A DNA stretch of 64,000 bases from assembly GCA_000004985.1 (NCBI GenBank), contig GG738847.1; one strand, 5' to 3'. Shown here in pieces: positions 42,701-52,907 of this stretch (position 1 is the first letter of the stretch; each line of letters starts with the position of its first letter). The position numbers and the translations under genes are program-made. The notes beneath the pieces were generated by a model. That model worked only from the letters and a program-made list of their open reading frames with translations. It did not search any database and was not told the DNA's origin. The DNA is from Naegleria gruberi. Lineage: Eukaryota.

Positions 42701-44878
42701 TCTAACACAAGAACTTGAAGCAATAGCAAATTGATTTTCATCGATTGGAGTTGGTGGAACGAGAGTACATTCATCATCGAACATCTTAAGGAAGACATTA
42801 TCAGGATTAGGCAAAAGAGTTTCACAGACAAGACTATATCTCTTCTTTGCTTCTAATTCCCATTTTTGTCTGCTAACAGCAATAAATAAATGTTGATTGT
42901 TGGTTGAAACGAAAACATCAATAATATTTCCTAGAGTTTTGAATCTGTTCAATTTCTTGAGAGAAACATAGGCTTGAGGTTTAACAAGGTCAATATCCAA
43001 AGCCATTGCATGAATTTCCATAGCAGCAGAAGCTTTAGCAACATAGATATTTTGTTGCCAATATCCATAGAAGAAACTGTAAAGGTTTCTTACATCTCCC
43101 ATACCACCATTGAAAATTTCAATTTCACAAGTTAAGTTCTTGGCAGCTATTCTACAAGATTCCCTATGAGGTGGTCTACCAGATCCTATATATTCCATTT
43201 CGCAAAATACTTCAGGATTGAGTTTACCTCCTTCAAAATAAGATTGAACGGCTCCAGTAGTATGGTTTACATCCATGAATCTTGAGGTAATTGAAATAAT
43301 TTCTGAATCAAACACTTCATAATTTTCAACGTTATCTTCACATTCACCGTTAGCATTGATAAATTGAGATCCACTACAGGCAAAATTCTTTGCTCTGTTT
43401 GCAGTGTTGGAGAAATCCCTTTCAAAGTTGTAGCTATAAAACTCTTCCATGTGATGAATGGTGAGTCTGTAAATTGGATTACTTGGACCGTTATAGGTTT
43501 GTGTTAATCCCAAAATCAAGAACATATTTTGAGAAACTGGAAATTGAACATTATCACAAGTGGTTTGTCTTGTAATTGCTAAAGGTCTTCTAATCTTTTC
43601 AGCCACTAAGTGAGAATAGGTGATTTCAGTGTACTCAGGGGCAACATAGAAAGTATTCAACAAGTCTTTGGTGGTAAAATCAATTTCTTTTTGTGGGGCA
43701 TCTCTTTCTGAAAATTCAAAAATTCTAACCTCCTTATCTGTTTGAATGCTTACCAAAACTCTAGAGGTGCTCAATTTCTTAGCGAATAAAAAAGTTGGAT
43801 CGATACGCATTGGGGCAGATGGAGAAAACTTTCCATGTTGATGGGCAAGATCAAAGACAACATTCTTGTTACCTTCAGGAACAGTAATTGTCCATTTGGT
43901 GACCTTGAACTCATTTTGTGAAACTGCTTCAGGTTGAATAAAGTAAATTTGATATTTTGTTGATGATATTTTAGCCAAAGCAACAGAATAAATATGTTGC
44001 TCTTGTGATTCTCTAACCATACGTAATTGTAAAACATCACTGACAGATTCATCTAATGGATAATACCAATTCTTTCCTTTGAGAGACCCATCAGCAAAGT
44101 CTAATGTAATGTTAAAAATACCATTAATATATAATTGGTTATTTCCAACAGCATTTTGAGCAAATGACAAGTGGTCATAGGCATCAGAACCATAACCTGT
44201 TTCCTTGGCATGTCCATCAAATTTGATAATATTCTTGAAAAGTTCTGGCTTATAGTAAATTCTTGTTGCTTTTTCAAACATATGTTCAAGGGTATTTCTC
44301 ATAAGGAAAATTCTACCATTTGAAAATGCTTCCACTACATAACTCATATCATATAGGATGAAATTTTCATCAAAACCTCTAATACCCACAATACTTTTAC
44401 AATTATTCATTTGGTCGTCATGTGGTTCAGAATGATTATAAGGCCCAGATTCACATTCATAACTAAAATCACCTTTTGGTATAATTGTTGTGTCAAAGAA
44501 AATGTCAGGTGTGCCAGCATACGGATTGACAACTTCACACCACATATTTTTGACGAAACTTCCAAATAATAAAGTTGGAACACAAACACCTGCACTTCCA
44601 GGTCCTCTAAATATATAATTTGTATTTGGTTTTGGAGGATCAACCTTGTTGATTGTATTTTGTTTTGAAATATAATCCCTTAGCTGAGAAAAAGCGACAG
44701 GATCATTTGGGAGAATTCTTTTTGAGCGAGGCACATTGTATCCACTAATTCCATAATTGCCTAAAAGTACTATGCACAGTACAAGACAACACAGAAGGAT
44801 TTTCAATGATGATGATGATAATATTGTTACTCCCCTGGAGGATCTGTTAAAACTACTATTAATAATAATATTCTTCAT
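39749..44878 (-). CDS. ABC transporter, G subfamily (White-type half transporter: NBD then TMD) fused to a ~950-aa N-terminal cysteine-rich extracellular domain
   Basis: 1709-aa single ORF. N-terminal hydrophobic anchor (ILLCCLVLCIVLLGNYGISG). About 640 aa of unknown fold. About 300 aa of repeated CPxG(Y/F)(Y/F)C modules (CPEGSFTYSLCPEGYYCPNASLKVICPEGYFCRQGF). TM helix (LLLVLCLLVLLACLYFAYGAAF). NBD with Walker A GLSGAGKST, signature ISGGQKKRVNVG, Walker B VLFLDEPTSGLD. Six C-terminal TM helices. Confidence 0.85.
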   Translation of the reverse strand: MKNIIINSSFNRSSRGVTILSSSSLKILLCCLVLCIVLLGNYGISGYNVPRSKRILPNDPVAFSQLRDYISKQNTINKVDPPKPNTNYIFRGPGSAGVCVPTLLFGSFVKNMWCEVVNPYAGTPDIFFDTTIIPKGDFSYECESGPYNHSEPHDDQMNNCKSIVGIRGFDENFILYDMSYVVEAFSNGRIFLMRNTLEHMFEKATRIYYKPELFKNIIKFDGHAKETGYGSDAYDHLSFAQNAVGNNQLYINGIFNITLDFADGSLKGKNWYYPLDESVSDVLQLRMVRESQEQHIYSVALAKISSTKYQIYFIQPEAVSQNEFKVTKWTITVPEGNKNVVFDLAHQHGKFSPSAPMRIDPTFLFAKKLSTSRVLVSIQTDKEVRIFEFSERDAPQKEIDFTTKDLLNTFYVAPEYTEITYSHLVAEKIRRPLAITRQTTCDNVQFPVSQNMFLILGLTQTYNGPSNPIYRLTIHHMEEFYSYNFERDFSNTANRAKNFACSGSQFINANGECEDNVENYEVFDSEIISITSRFMDVNHTTGAVQSYFEGGKLNPEVFCEMEYIGSGRPPHRESCRIAAKNLTCEIEIFNGGMGDVRNLYSFFYGYWQQNIYVAKASAAMEIHAMALDIDLVKPQAYVSLKKLNRFKTLGNIIDVFVSTNNQHLFIAVSRQKWELEAKKRYSLVCETLLPNPDNVFLKMFDDECTLVPPTPIDENQFAIASSSCVRGNVCGFFSKNQVRPSASKGTFVYRSLAEIPCILGSYCVAGIRIPCPFGYVCPDFAMDAPKKCDADYGYQTCYSQNLVSAYECPNGTLCTTDYLIPIPASPGHFVKKTIQPDGSLLLNGLALCEEGDYCNLGREVILTPENKTLTSLLCPADTYCVNASILQPSLCSFTNDSMDYCPPGTVEKDLCPAGFYCENPNSIKECSLTQYCPEGSFTYSLCPEGYYCPNASLKVICPEGYFCRQGFIEPSTCSWFFSSCPEGSPTDRMTIGGLLLVLCLLVLLACLYFAYGAAFKFYVKMSARQREENPHEASSLFSRAQKQQNYGSSFHEEQFTVDIGFQDLGLVLRGSGKKVLDGVTGEIKHGKLTAVMGLSGAGKSTFITTLSNRAYYGAQVGKVFVNGVEEPLSKYNRKIGFVPQDDIMISSMTVEETLFFSAKTRLDANTPSKQIDSIVNDVIKVLRLEDVRHSIIGDQEKRGISGGQKKRVNVGIELVSSPYVLFLDEPTSGLDSASSKEVCEALQAISSCGITVITVIHQPRYEIFNMFDNLLLLGKGGRTIYLGSVHRVEEYFKEIGFTKPLGTNLADFVIDVSAGLMERDDGEEFHPTDLPAIWDRLKVKYADDQTGIAQHLPPIENESPTSFEGTIQATEVKSCCKTNAPPARVNKFKNPRIPYFSQFWMCFKRSCTQLLRTLPSLVLDYALVFLCGAFLGLIYYNKVYIGPPPKSVYEMCPNGLEEICAQPLEDPIYATSSLMTLAMALMGAMSALRVFGNEYLVFYRESQTGLSTFCYFWAKDISMFIVNIFAPMVFLGIYYTTVAPRAPVYEYYYVLLLVYWTSYGLGYFISIIIQPNISQLTAVVIVFIFNTFSGATTPLPTFKSMYFPINILPYLSYLTYSHENAYLIELKRYENIYDLSKSLKIMGYEWDEFYMSIYMMVVFGFVFRIISFMSLVCVKPSSFYNLAVIATHNFFSTQARKIFSLCKRSSSNV

Positions 44879-45712
44879 TGTAAATAAATATATATATTAA
44901 AAATTGGAATCTTCCGATCTGATGATTCTCAAATTATTATTCTTCTATATATTGATAAGTATCGTTAGGCTAACGACCACACAATATTGTTGTTGTTTGT
45001 TGAAGACTCTCTATCGAAGAACGCTGCAACTGTTGAACGAACAAAAAAAAATCACAAAAAGGCTTTTTCGATTTTGGCGCGAAAAGAGTCAGCAGCACGA
45101 GTTGTTGTGAATTTTTTTGTTGTTAAAATTTCATTTCATGTGATGGATGTGATGCATGTTCGGAGTCATCTCGGGAAAAGAAATTGTCTCCGTAAACAGG
45201 AAGATAAAAAAACTCTAGGCAACAAGTCAGACAAGTGGAGCAACATTGTTAACAAGGTCAAATAATAATCATTCCACTCTGAGCATTATAATAGTTTGAT
45301 TATATTGTATCATGTAATGAAATATTATATGCGGATGAATACATTTCCATTTCCGATAACACCTCTTAAGAGTTCCTAAAGGAAAATTCTGTTTGATGTA
45401 TTCCGAGTAGGCTATGGAAATGTTTCCTCAAACAAATTACCGTAAATTTACATTAAGGAAGCTCAGTATTTAAGGAAAATTTCACATTCTTATTCTCGTT
45501 TCGATTTGGAAGTTAAAGAATACTGTAAATTCTAATGTATTTATTGTAACAACATTCAAAAAAGGAATAGGAATTCACATTTTGTTATTTACCAAAAGAA
45601 AATGGACAGAAATATCATCTTTCATAGAGTATGAAAGTACAAATAAAACCATTGTAAAGTAAATTTGAAAGATGTGAATTCCCAATAAGTTTTAAAATTA
45701 GATCAGAAAAAA

Positions 45713-48058
45713 ATGCCTGGAAATCACCATCACACTCACCCACACAAAAAGCAGCACCATCACTCAAACAATCCTGCAGCAAATACTTCCAATAGTAATA
45801 CTAATACCAATAATACTAATAATAATAATCAGATGCAACAACAGCATAGTAGGGAAGGAAAATCCAATAATTCTACCAATTATATAAATAATAATACTAC
45901 AACTAATAATAATAATTATTACCATCAACAACAACAACAATCCATGCCAAATAATGCCACTCGATTCAATCACAATTACAATTCTTCTAATAACAAGTAT
46001 AATAATTATAATAATAGCAAATCGATCGTGATCCAACCGAATCCTTCTACACTCAATAATAGACCATCATTGACACCATCACCAATTCCTTCAGCATCAT
46101 CAGCTTTGAAAAGTAATAATTTGAGGAAAAAGTTGGAGATTATTTTGGAAGAGAGGATTGCTCAGAATGATTTGTGTTTTTCAATTTGTAATCATTATAG
46201 GGCAATTATTAATCATTTGGAAAAGATCAAGTTTGATTCGAAAGAAAAGCTGCAATCATTCTTGTTTTTAAAAAGTCAACTGGATGCTAAATTTGAATTT
46301 TATATTGTAAAAAAGATAATTATTCCACATTTAATAATTGCTTTGGGTGTTGAGGCTTATGAAGTTAATCAGAATTCTCAACAACCGTCTGCAATACCAG
46401 ATAAGAAGAGCTATAATTTAACTGCTCGTCCTAAAAAAGTTGAAAGTCAGACAGAGCAAGCTAAATTGATTGAATTAGCTCCAAAATTGAGTAGTTCAGG
46501 AAACGCTTATTTTTCATTAGAATTTGACAGTGTCAGTGTTATTACTAGATTATTTTATGAACTTATCAAAACAAGCAAAAAGCTCTTTCGTTTGATGAAT
46601 ATCAAAATTATTTATGAGAAGAATGGATTTGAAAATCTTGATTTCACATCCCTAAAGAAAACTCTTAGTTTTTATAAGCATCTTTTACCAGCTCATGCCA
46701 CATTTATGAAATTGAAGGGTATAAGAAACGATTGGGCTCACTTTGTAAATCCAACGACCATTCCATCACATATTATAAGGGCCTGCTTTATTTTCTGTCG
46801 TGAAATTTATGACCACTATCTCAGTATTACAACACCCAATTCAGATTCCAATTTATATATGAAGAGAAAAATAACTCTACATGAAGGTTTTGAGTATGAC
46901 TACAAGATTTGGGAATCTAAATCTAAAATTATTTCTGGAGTTGTGGCTCAATTTTGTCAGAAGCCAGAAAAAAAGAAGCAATCTGCTCTTAGAGTTGTTG
47001 AAGTGCTATCAGGCAGTTTGAAGAATGGAGGTCATCAAGAGAAAGATTTAGATAGACTTTGCAATGAGATTTTATTGAATTTGTTACCAAGATCTCCATA
47101 CCTATTGAAAGAAATGCAACAGATTAATGAGAAGGAAACACCAAGGGAGGATATTGTTTTCATTCTTCTTTCAAACGAATTCCAATCAAGAATCAAAAAG
47201 GACGAGCAATATGTTAAGGCTTTTAGTGGAACAAACTTGACAGATCAGAAATTTGTTAGCAAATCAGTTTTCTTCAAGGCTATTGTAACGAATATGAAGA
47301 ATGAAAACGACCATAGACAATTACTATTCGAAAGAGCTTACCATTACTTTATATTAGAAAAATGTTTGAAGAATCTCAAAGATCATAATTTTGAAGAAGT
47401 AATTATTCAAAAGTTCAAACAGGAAAAGAACATTAATACCCCAAAGGAACTTTATGAGAGGATATTGACAGATATTAATACACAAGTGGGCGAATTCAGA
47501 AAACTTTGGGTCTCTATTGCTATTGCCTTTAGTTCGTGTACTAACTTGGAAATACCTGATGCAATCAAATATTTGTCTTGGGCTCTGAAAGAAATGACAA
47601 TGACCACCAACAAATTTACATTTCCCCACATTATCAAACCTTACATAGTATTGGTGACAAAGTATCTCTGCCAATTCAATGATATAATGTTGTCGAATTT
47701 AATTCATTCGAGTGATGTAGCTATTTTGAAAACAGTGACCATTAGAGTTTGTTTGGCCTCGCTATTGAAATTCTACCATCTTTCTCCTGAAATCAGTCAA
47801 TTATTTATTGTTGCAAGAGAACAAATCAAAAGTATGGACCCTCAAATCTTACAACAATTAGAGGCAGAAGATTATTACGTCTTGAATGCAGATCCACAAA
47901 ATATCAACAAGGATTTGCTTATTCCAGTTGAGCTCACCTTTTCCGACTTGTGTAAGAATGAACGTGCTAATATTTCAGTGGAAGGATGTTTCGCATTCTC
48001 CTCATACCAAGAAATTCTGGAAGACGACAATAATACAGAAAACCAAACCGAACAATAA
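45713..48058 (+). CDS. hypothetical protein with His/Asn/Gln-rich low-complexity N-terminus
   Basis: 781-aa ORF. First ~130 aa MPGNHHHTHPHKKQHHHSNN...NNNNYYHQQQQQS. The remainder is an ordered helical region with no identifiable domain. The antisense ORF 45764..46036 is a compositional artefact. Confidence 0.5.
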   Translation: MPGNHHHTHPHKKQHHHSNNPAANTSNSNTNTNNTNNNNQMQQQHSREGKSNNSTNYINNNTTTNNNNYYHQQQQQSMPNNATRFNHNYNSSNNKYNNYNNSKSIVIQPNPSTLNNRPSLTPSPIPSASSALKSNNLRKKLEIILEERIAQNDLCFSICNHYRAIINHLEKIKFDSKEKLQSFLFLKSQLDAKFEFYIVKKIIIPHLIIALGVEAYEVNQNSQQPSAIPDKKSYNLTARPKKVESQTEQAKLIELAPKLSSSGNAYFSLEFDSVSVITRLFYELIKTSKKLFRLMNIKIIYEKNGFENLDFTSLKKTLSFYKHLLPAHATFMKLKGIRNDWAHFVNPTTIPSHIIRACFIFCREIYDHYLSITTPNSDSNLYMKRKITLHEGFEYDYKIWESKSKIISGVVAQFCQKPEKKKQSALRVVEVLSGSLKNGGHQEKDLDRLCNEILLNLLPRSPYLLKEMQQINEKETPREDIVFILLSNEFQSRIKKDEQYVKAFSGTNLTDQKFVSKSVFFKAIVTNMKNENDHRQLLFERAYHYFILEKCLKNLKDHNFEEVIIQKFKQEKNINTPKELYERILTDINTQVGEFRKLWVSIAIAFSSCTNLEIPDAIKYLSWALKEMTMTTNKFTFPHIIKPYIVLVTKYLCQFNDIMLSNLIHSSDVAILKTVTIRVCLASLLKFYHLSPEISQLFIVAREQIKSMDPQILQQLEAEDYYVLNADPQNINKDLLIPVELTFSDLCKNERANISVEGCFAFSSYQEILEDDNNTENQTEQ

Positions 48059-48071
48059 AATTCCAAACAAT

Positions 48072-49337
48072 CTATTTATTTGAATTCAATGGGCAATCAT
48101 ATGGAAAATCTAGCCAACAAGCAAGCTCTGGATATTGCAAAGATAAAGATTTCACAATATATTCCCAAACTTCCCAATGAGATTTCGAGGTTGCTAAGGC
48201 CACCAGGTACGTTGGATCATTAACTGTTACAACTAACCAGGTCCCATGCTGTATTTCAGAAGCCAATTGTCCTTTTCTCCATGTAGCCAATCTTTGTCTT
48301 TGAAATTATTAAATAAATGGATAAAAACCAAATTAAACTTACTTTGCTTCCAGTTCTTCTACCAAATTATCTACGTATCGCTTGCTTTGTTCTTCTAAAG
48401 TTTGATTGACTGCCATGTTTATCAGAGACTCCTCCAGAATGGCATTGTTGTCTTCATAAATTTCCAAATCCTCATCAAAGTCGTTATACTCTCCATCTTC
48501 ATCAAAATCATTATTAACAGATACTTCTGGAGCGGCCACAGGTTCAATTGACAATGGAATTCTACTCTTCAATAAATTAGGGTCATTAGGATCTGTTAAT
48601 TTCTCAATATCAAATACCACATCAGAATCTGTGTTATTTTCAACCTTCTGATTTGTCTCATTAGTTTCCTTTTTACTTGTGGAATTCAATTGCTTTGATT
48701 TTTTCTTCTTTTTCTTCTTCTTTAATTCATGAGCACGTTTTCCCAGAATAACAGCAAAACGTTGTCTGTTATCAGGCAAGACATAGGCAGTTCTCTCATA
48801 AACAGGTGAAGATAACATTGGGTGTGATAACAAAATATTATATCTCTTTGGTTCTGTAGTATTTAAAATGTTAAAGGTTACATATTTTCCAATTTCATCC
48901 TCCGTTTCCTTCTCTTCTTCCTTAATTTCAGTCACTTTCTGTGATAAGAATAATTCCTTCACCTTGTCCGAAGTAATATTCATTTCACTTTGTACTCCAA
49001 AACAAACTTCCATAGCATCATTAGTATTCATTGCAATGTTATCCTTGTTCCTAAAAATATCTTTACATATTCTTTCCAAACTTTCATTTGCTACTATTTT
49101 ACTTTCCGAATCAATGTGAGGAGTATAAAAGAAGGCTTTCGGATGTTTAAATACTTTAGAAATTACGTATTGTCCAATAGCACTTCTTGTCCATCCACGA
49201 GTAATCATTGTACTACTCTTTGTATTTCTCGGATTAATAAGTGAATATTTTAGAAGGGGTTGGTTATCATATTGTCGACACAATTTGAGTACCGATTTGT
49301 ATAAAAAGCAAAAAAACCTCCTTTCTTTTTCGTTCAT
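48072..49337 (-). CDS. hypothetical protein, probably 2 exons
   Basis: 332-aa ORF ending ...VEELEAK. A GTAAGT donor overlaps its stop codon (GCAAA|GTAAGT). A 45-nt intron (48298..48342, acceptor TTTCAAAG) would join in frame to the downstream small ORF, giving ...EELEAKQRLATWRKGQLASEIQHGTWLVVTVNDPTYLVALATSKSHWEVWEYIVKSL...NSNK. Proposed CDS = complement(join(48072..48297,48343..49337)). Poly-K and acidic D/E tract. No domain recognised. Confidence 0.45.
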
Positions 49338-49475
49338 TTTTTTAAAGAATTTAAATTTTTTAATTCAAAATAGATTGCATGTGTGAAACAAGCAAAAAAA
49401 GAATCATAAGTAGATTCATGATTTAAGATTAGTCATTAATATGATACTGACTAAAAGTATCGAGGTGTTGTCTTT

Positions 49476-50609
49476 TTATTCATCAAAATCAAAGTCAGAT
49501 GGTGGTTCAAGAACTACATCATCTGGATAATAGACAACGTTAGTGAGGAAGAGACCGTGAGGTGGAGCTGAGCCCTTCTCTGGATATCTCATATTTGGAT
49601 TTTGAACGAGAGCTCTCAGATAGGTCGGATTCATCTTTCCAATACCAACCTTAACAAGTGCATCAACCATGATTCTTACTTGATTATGAAGGAATGAATT
49701 TCCTCTGATAGTGAACCTAATTTCCTTACATTTCGAAGTGGAAAAGAATAGAGGACTGATAGTTTGGTCCTGTTGAAGATCTATTTCCTCTACAGTGACA
49801 GAGTTGATGGTTTTAATTCTGGAAACTCTTTCTGGTAAATCAGATTTACAGAAATTATTAAAATTATGAGTTCCAATAAAATATTGACAAGCCTCTCTAA
49901 CATCATCAATTCTGAAATAAGTTTCCAATGATCTGAAATCCAATGAAATTTCTTGTTTAGTAGGACCACCTTGCTCATATTTAGCTCCATTAACAATCCA
50001 ATATTGATCTTGGATGAAAGGTACCTTGTAGGCCAAGTCAGGTTTTGGACCTGTTAACAAAACTCTGTATTGATATTCTCTCTCCTTAACACGATGTCTT
50101 GCATGAAAATTCATATCCTTCTTCTCACATGAACATATCACAATATCTTCATCCTTCAAGTAAAAATTCAATCCAAATATGACATTCTTTGCTGTGTAAT
50201 TTTCTCGTTTTTCAATAATTTCCGAAGCCACATCAAAATGGCAAGTATTATGAAGAGCATGAACACCAGAATCAGTTCTTGAACTTCCTACAATGTAAAT
50301 ATCATTTGTATTGAATAGTTTATGTAAAGATCCCTCTATATGTTTTTGAATGGTATTTCCACGTGGTTCTCCTTTGTTATTTTGCTTTTGATATCCGTCA
50401 TAATTATTTCCTCTATATTGAAAAATTAATTTATATCTGTCCTTTCTTTCCGTAGTATTGCTGTTAGTAGTATGATTATCAGAATAAAATCTTCTCAAAT
50501 AATTTGTATTATTTTGAATAATTTTAAGTGATGATGAAAATTTGTTCTTGTACGTTGTTCCGATAATAAGACTTCTATTGGTGGTATGTAGTTGACGTAA
50601 AATGTTCAT
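49476..50609 (-). CDS. tRNA pseudouridine synthase, TruA/Pus1 family, with presequence-like N-terminus
   Basis: 377 aa. Catalytic-loop motif IVGSSRTDSGVHALHN (RTDxGVHA with the catalytic Asp). Basic N-terminal 45 aa lacking acidic residues. Confidence 0.75.
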   Translation of the reverse strand: MNILRQLHTTNRSLIIGTTYKNKFSSSLKIIQNNTNYLRRFYSDNHTTNSNTTERKDRYKLIFQYRGNNYDGYQKQNNKGEPRGNTIQKHIEGSLHKLFNTNDIYIVGSSRTDSGVHALHNTCHFDVASEIIEKRENYTAKNVIFGLNFYLKDEDIVICSCEKKDMNFHARHRVKEREYQYRVLLTGPKPDLAYKVPFIQDQYWIVNGAKYEQGGPTKQEISLDFRSLETYFRIDDVREACQYFIGTHNFNNFCKSDLPERVSRIKTINSVTVEEIDLQQDQTISPLFFSTSKCKEIRFTIRGNSFLHNQVRIMVDALVKVGIGKMNPTYLRALVQNPNMRYPEKGSAPPHGLFLTNVVYYPDDVVLEPPSDFDFDE

Positions 50610-50895
50610 TTTTAAATCAATTTTAATAAAATTTAATTTACTGCAATTTTATTCTTTGTTTTTAGGAAATTACTTCTTCCATTATTTCAGTTTAATTCAA
50701 ACGAGTTTACAACTACTTTATCTAGTTGATGCTGGAAGAAAATAAACTTAATTAATCAAATTTCTCCATTCTCAATTTTCTTTTCAAGTAATCATTTCTA
50801 TCTTCAAATGATAATATACGTTATCAAATCATATTTGATTGAATTTATTGATAGATACAAAGAGTATAATGTAGTATGAAAATAATTTACAAAAT

Positions 50896-51522
50896 TTATG
50901 AGAGTTGGTCAATTCTTGATTGAATAACTTTGAATTGTTCCATAACGCTCTTGACTGTGTCCTTGTCCATTTCAAAAAGTAATGTAGAATTGACATCACT
51001 TCTAGTTGATATTTGTACAACAGCTACACTTTCATTAATTTCACTAAGTTTGTTAATGTTGGTCTTTTGATCAATTCTCCATTTCATATCTATCATGGTA
51101 TTACCAAATTCTTCCTTAGAATCACTAATCAATTTTTGGTGAATTTGCAAAGAGTTTAATGACCAGAATTTAACAAATGATTGAACAAGTTCAGGAGTTG
51201 AGATGAAGGATTTTGCTTCCTCATCATTTGTTAAATATTCCTTCAAAGCATCCGAATTCCAATTTTTAAATCCAGCTAATTTAATGATTTGTTTACATTT
51301 CTTTGCAAATTGTGATTGTTCTTCAGTGAGAATTTCATTTCCGAATACTTGTTGATAGACAGCTGATTCTGTAATGTCTGAATCCTTTTCGTACATAATT
51401 TGATGTAATCCTTTCAACAATGCTAATAAATATTTTCCATCAATAGTGAAGGCAGTATTTTCGGATGGTGTATTAACAGTGTGAGCTTCATCAGTTTGCT
51501 CTCCAGTTTGTTCTGAAAACAT
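50896..51522 (-). CDS. COMM domain-containing protein (second COMMD paralog in window)
   Basis: 208 aa. C-terminal MIDMKWRIDQKTNINKLSEINESVAVVQISTRSD...LLFEMDKDTVKSVMEQFKVIQSRIDQL fits the COMM domain. Confidence 0.55.
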   Translation of the reverse strand: MFSEQTGEQTDEAHTVNTPSENTAFTIDGKYLLALLKGLHQIMYEKDSDITESAVYQQVFGNEILTEEQSQFAKKCKQIIKLAGFKNWNSDALKEYLTNDEEAKSFISTPELVQSFVKFWSLNSLQIHQKLISDSKEEFGNTMIDMKWRIDQKTNINKLSEINESVAVVQISTRSDVNSTLLFEMDKDTVKSVMEQFKVIQSRIDQLS

Positions 51523-51680
51523 TTTTTATTATTATTATTTTGATGAAGATTTTTATTTGATGATCAGGAGCTAAAGGAGACAGCAGAAGAAAGATGATGA
51601 TTTCAAGTACTTGCATTGTGTTCTGGGATCCAAGAGTGTGATTATACCATGCATGGATAATAAATTAGACCTAGATTTAT

Positions 51681-52154
51681 TTACATTTTAATTTCCTTGT
51701 GAATGATAGAAGAGAATTGGATCCAATCCAATGCTGCTTGAATATCTTGTTCATATTGTGGATCCTGATCAAGTGTCCACGTGGTAAAATCATTGAATGT
51801 ATGCACACAACTTTTATCTTCATTGATGATGTATCCAGTTACTTGGAGTGGTGTTTCTTGTTGTTCGGAGAGAATAATCTTCTTTCCTTGAAGAGGTCTT
51901 CCTCTGAATGAACCTTCCAATATCGATTCATCATTACTATTTGGTTTTATATTAGGTTCAAAGTATTCCTCCACTTTGGCTTCCCCATCATGGTCAATGT
52001 GGCAAGGTAAGTGATGTATCTTTAGAGAGTCATCCGTTGAGTTTAATAATTTAATTTCCAACACATCATTATTTGAAATCATTTTTTGGAGGGAAAAATT
52101 AGGAGTGAAAGTGGTAATGTTATTGAAACAATTTACCAAACAAAATAAATTCAA
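51681..52154 (-). CDS. ribonuclease H2 non-catalytic subunit C-like protein
   Basis: KIHHLPCHIDHDGEAKVEEYFEPNI...ILEGSFRGRPLQGKKI...VTGYIINED and FNDFTTWTLDQD...ALDWIQFSSIIH align with human RNASEH2C ([24 protein letters not shown]...LEVSFRGRCLRGEEV...VGYVMVTEE; FSRFTLWGLE...ALTWPSLAAAIH). The true start Met may be internal (MISNND). Confidence 0.65.
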   Translation of the reverse strand: MNLFCLVNCFNNITTFTPNFSLQKMISNNDVLEIKLLNSTDDSLKIHHLPCHIDHDGEAKVEEYFEPNIKPNSNDESILEGSFRGRPLQGKKIILSEQQETPLQVTGYIINEDKSCVHTFNDFTTWTLDQDPQYEQDIQAALDWIQFSSIIHKEIKM

Positions 52155-52410
52155 TGAAACCTACAGAATTAACTTTGAATTAAAATTGAATCTAATTGTT
52201 TTGGTTATATTAGTTTCTGTTATCATAAGAATGTCTAAGGGTGAAATAGGTTTTGATAGTTTGAGTTACAATTTTAATTAATAATTATTGCATTTCGGAA
52301 ATGATTTTTAATTGTTTTTTTATTGAGCAAAGTAGCCAATCTATTTAGTGTTTTTGAAAATTTAAAAGGTAAGAAGAGAAAAGAAAACTGTGATGAAGTG
52401 AAAGTAAAAT

Positions 52411-52857
52411 TTAAGCAAGGACGATACCCATAGTACGGTTGTAATTATTTTCCTTGATTTTTTGTCTTCTCATCAATTTATGCATTCTCTTTACTTCCGC
52501 AAAGGTTAATTGTTGTCCACTGGCCTTCTTTGACTTGAGTTGTTCGAGAGAAAGGTCTGTTGCTCTAGAAATTTCCAATAACCATTCTGGATAAGCTTCT
52601 GGGGCTTTAATAACTGGGTTTTTACCTTCCTTCAAAATGTTGATGTTGAGTTCGTGTCCTTCTTGACCAAATCCTTTCGAGCCTTTTGGTGCTTCAGGTC
52701 CGTACTTTTTTACTAAATCTTTAATTTCTTGCTTTGATAATGATTTGATTGCAACCAATCTATTTGTTCGCAATTGGCTTGTGCATATCGAAATTTTGAG
52801 AGTGTTATTATTGTTGAGGCAAGGTGAAAGGACTTTGGTGGAGAGTTGTTTCAGCAT
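52411..52857 (-). CDS. mitochondrial ribosomal protein mL54 (MRPL54/yeast Mrpl37 family)
   Basis: 148 aa. ELNINILKEGKNPVIKAPEAYPEWLLEI matches the mL54 signature [26 protein letters not shown]. Basic presequence-like N-terminus. Confidence 0.7.
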   Translation of the reverse strand: MLKQLSTKVLSPCLNNNNTLKISICTSQLRTNRLVAIKSLSKQEIKDLVKKYGPEAPKGSKGFGQEGHELNINILKEGKNPVIKAPEAYPEWLLEISRATDLSLEQLKSKKASGQQLTFAEVKRMHKLMRRQKIKENNYNRTMGIVLA

Positions 52858-52907
52858 TTTTTAAATTAAAAAACAAAATTTTTAATTAAATAAAAAATTG
52901 AATAATC
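52858..52907. promoter_or_regulatory. 50-bp AT-rich divergent intergenic region shared by the mL54 gene and the ISD11-like gene (putative bidirectional promoter)
   Basis: Start codons of two head-to-head genes lie only 50 nt apart (52857 on minus, 52908 on plus). Sequence TTTTAAATTAAAAAACAAAATTTTTAATTAAATAAAAAATTGAATAATC. Confidence 0.3.

Noticed and set aside
45764-46036. Minus-strand ORF MDHDRFAIIIIIILVIRRIVIVIE...
   Set aside because: It is an artefact of reading the complementary strand of the Asn/Gln-codon repeat (AAT/AAC/CAA) region of the 45713..48058 gene.
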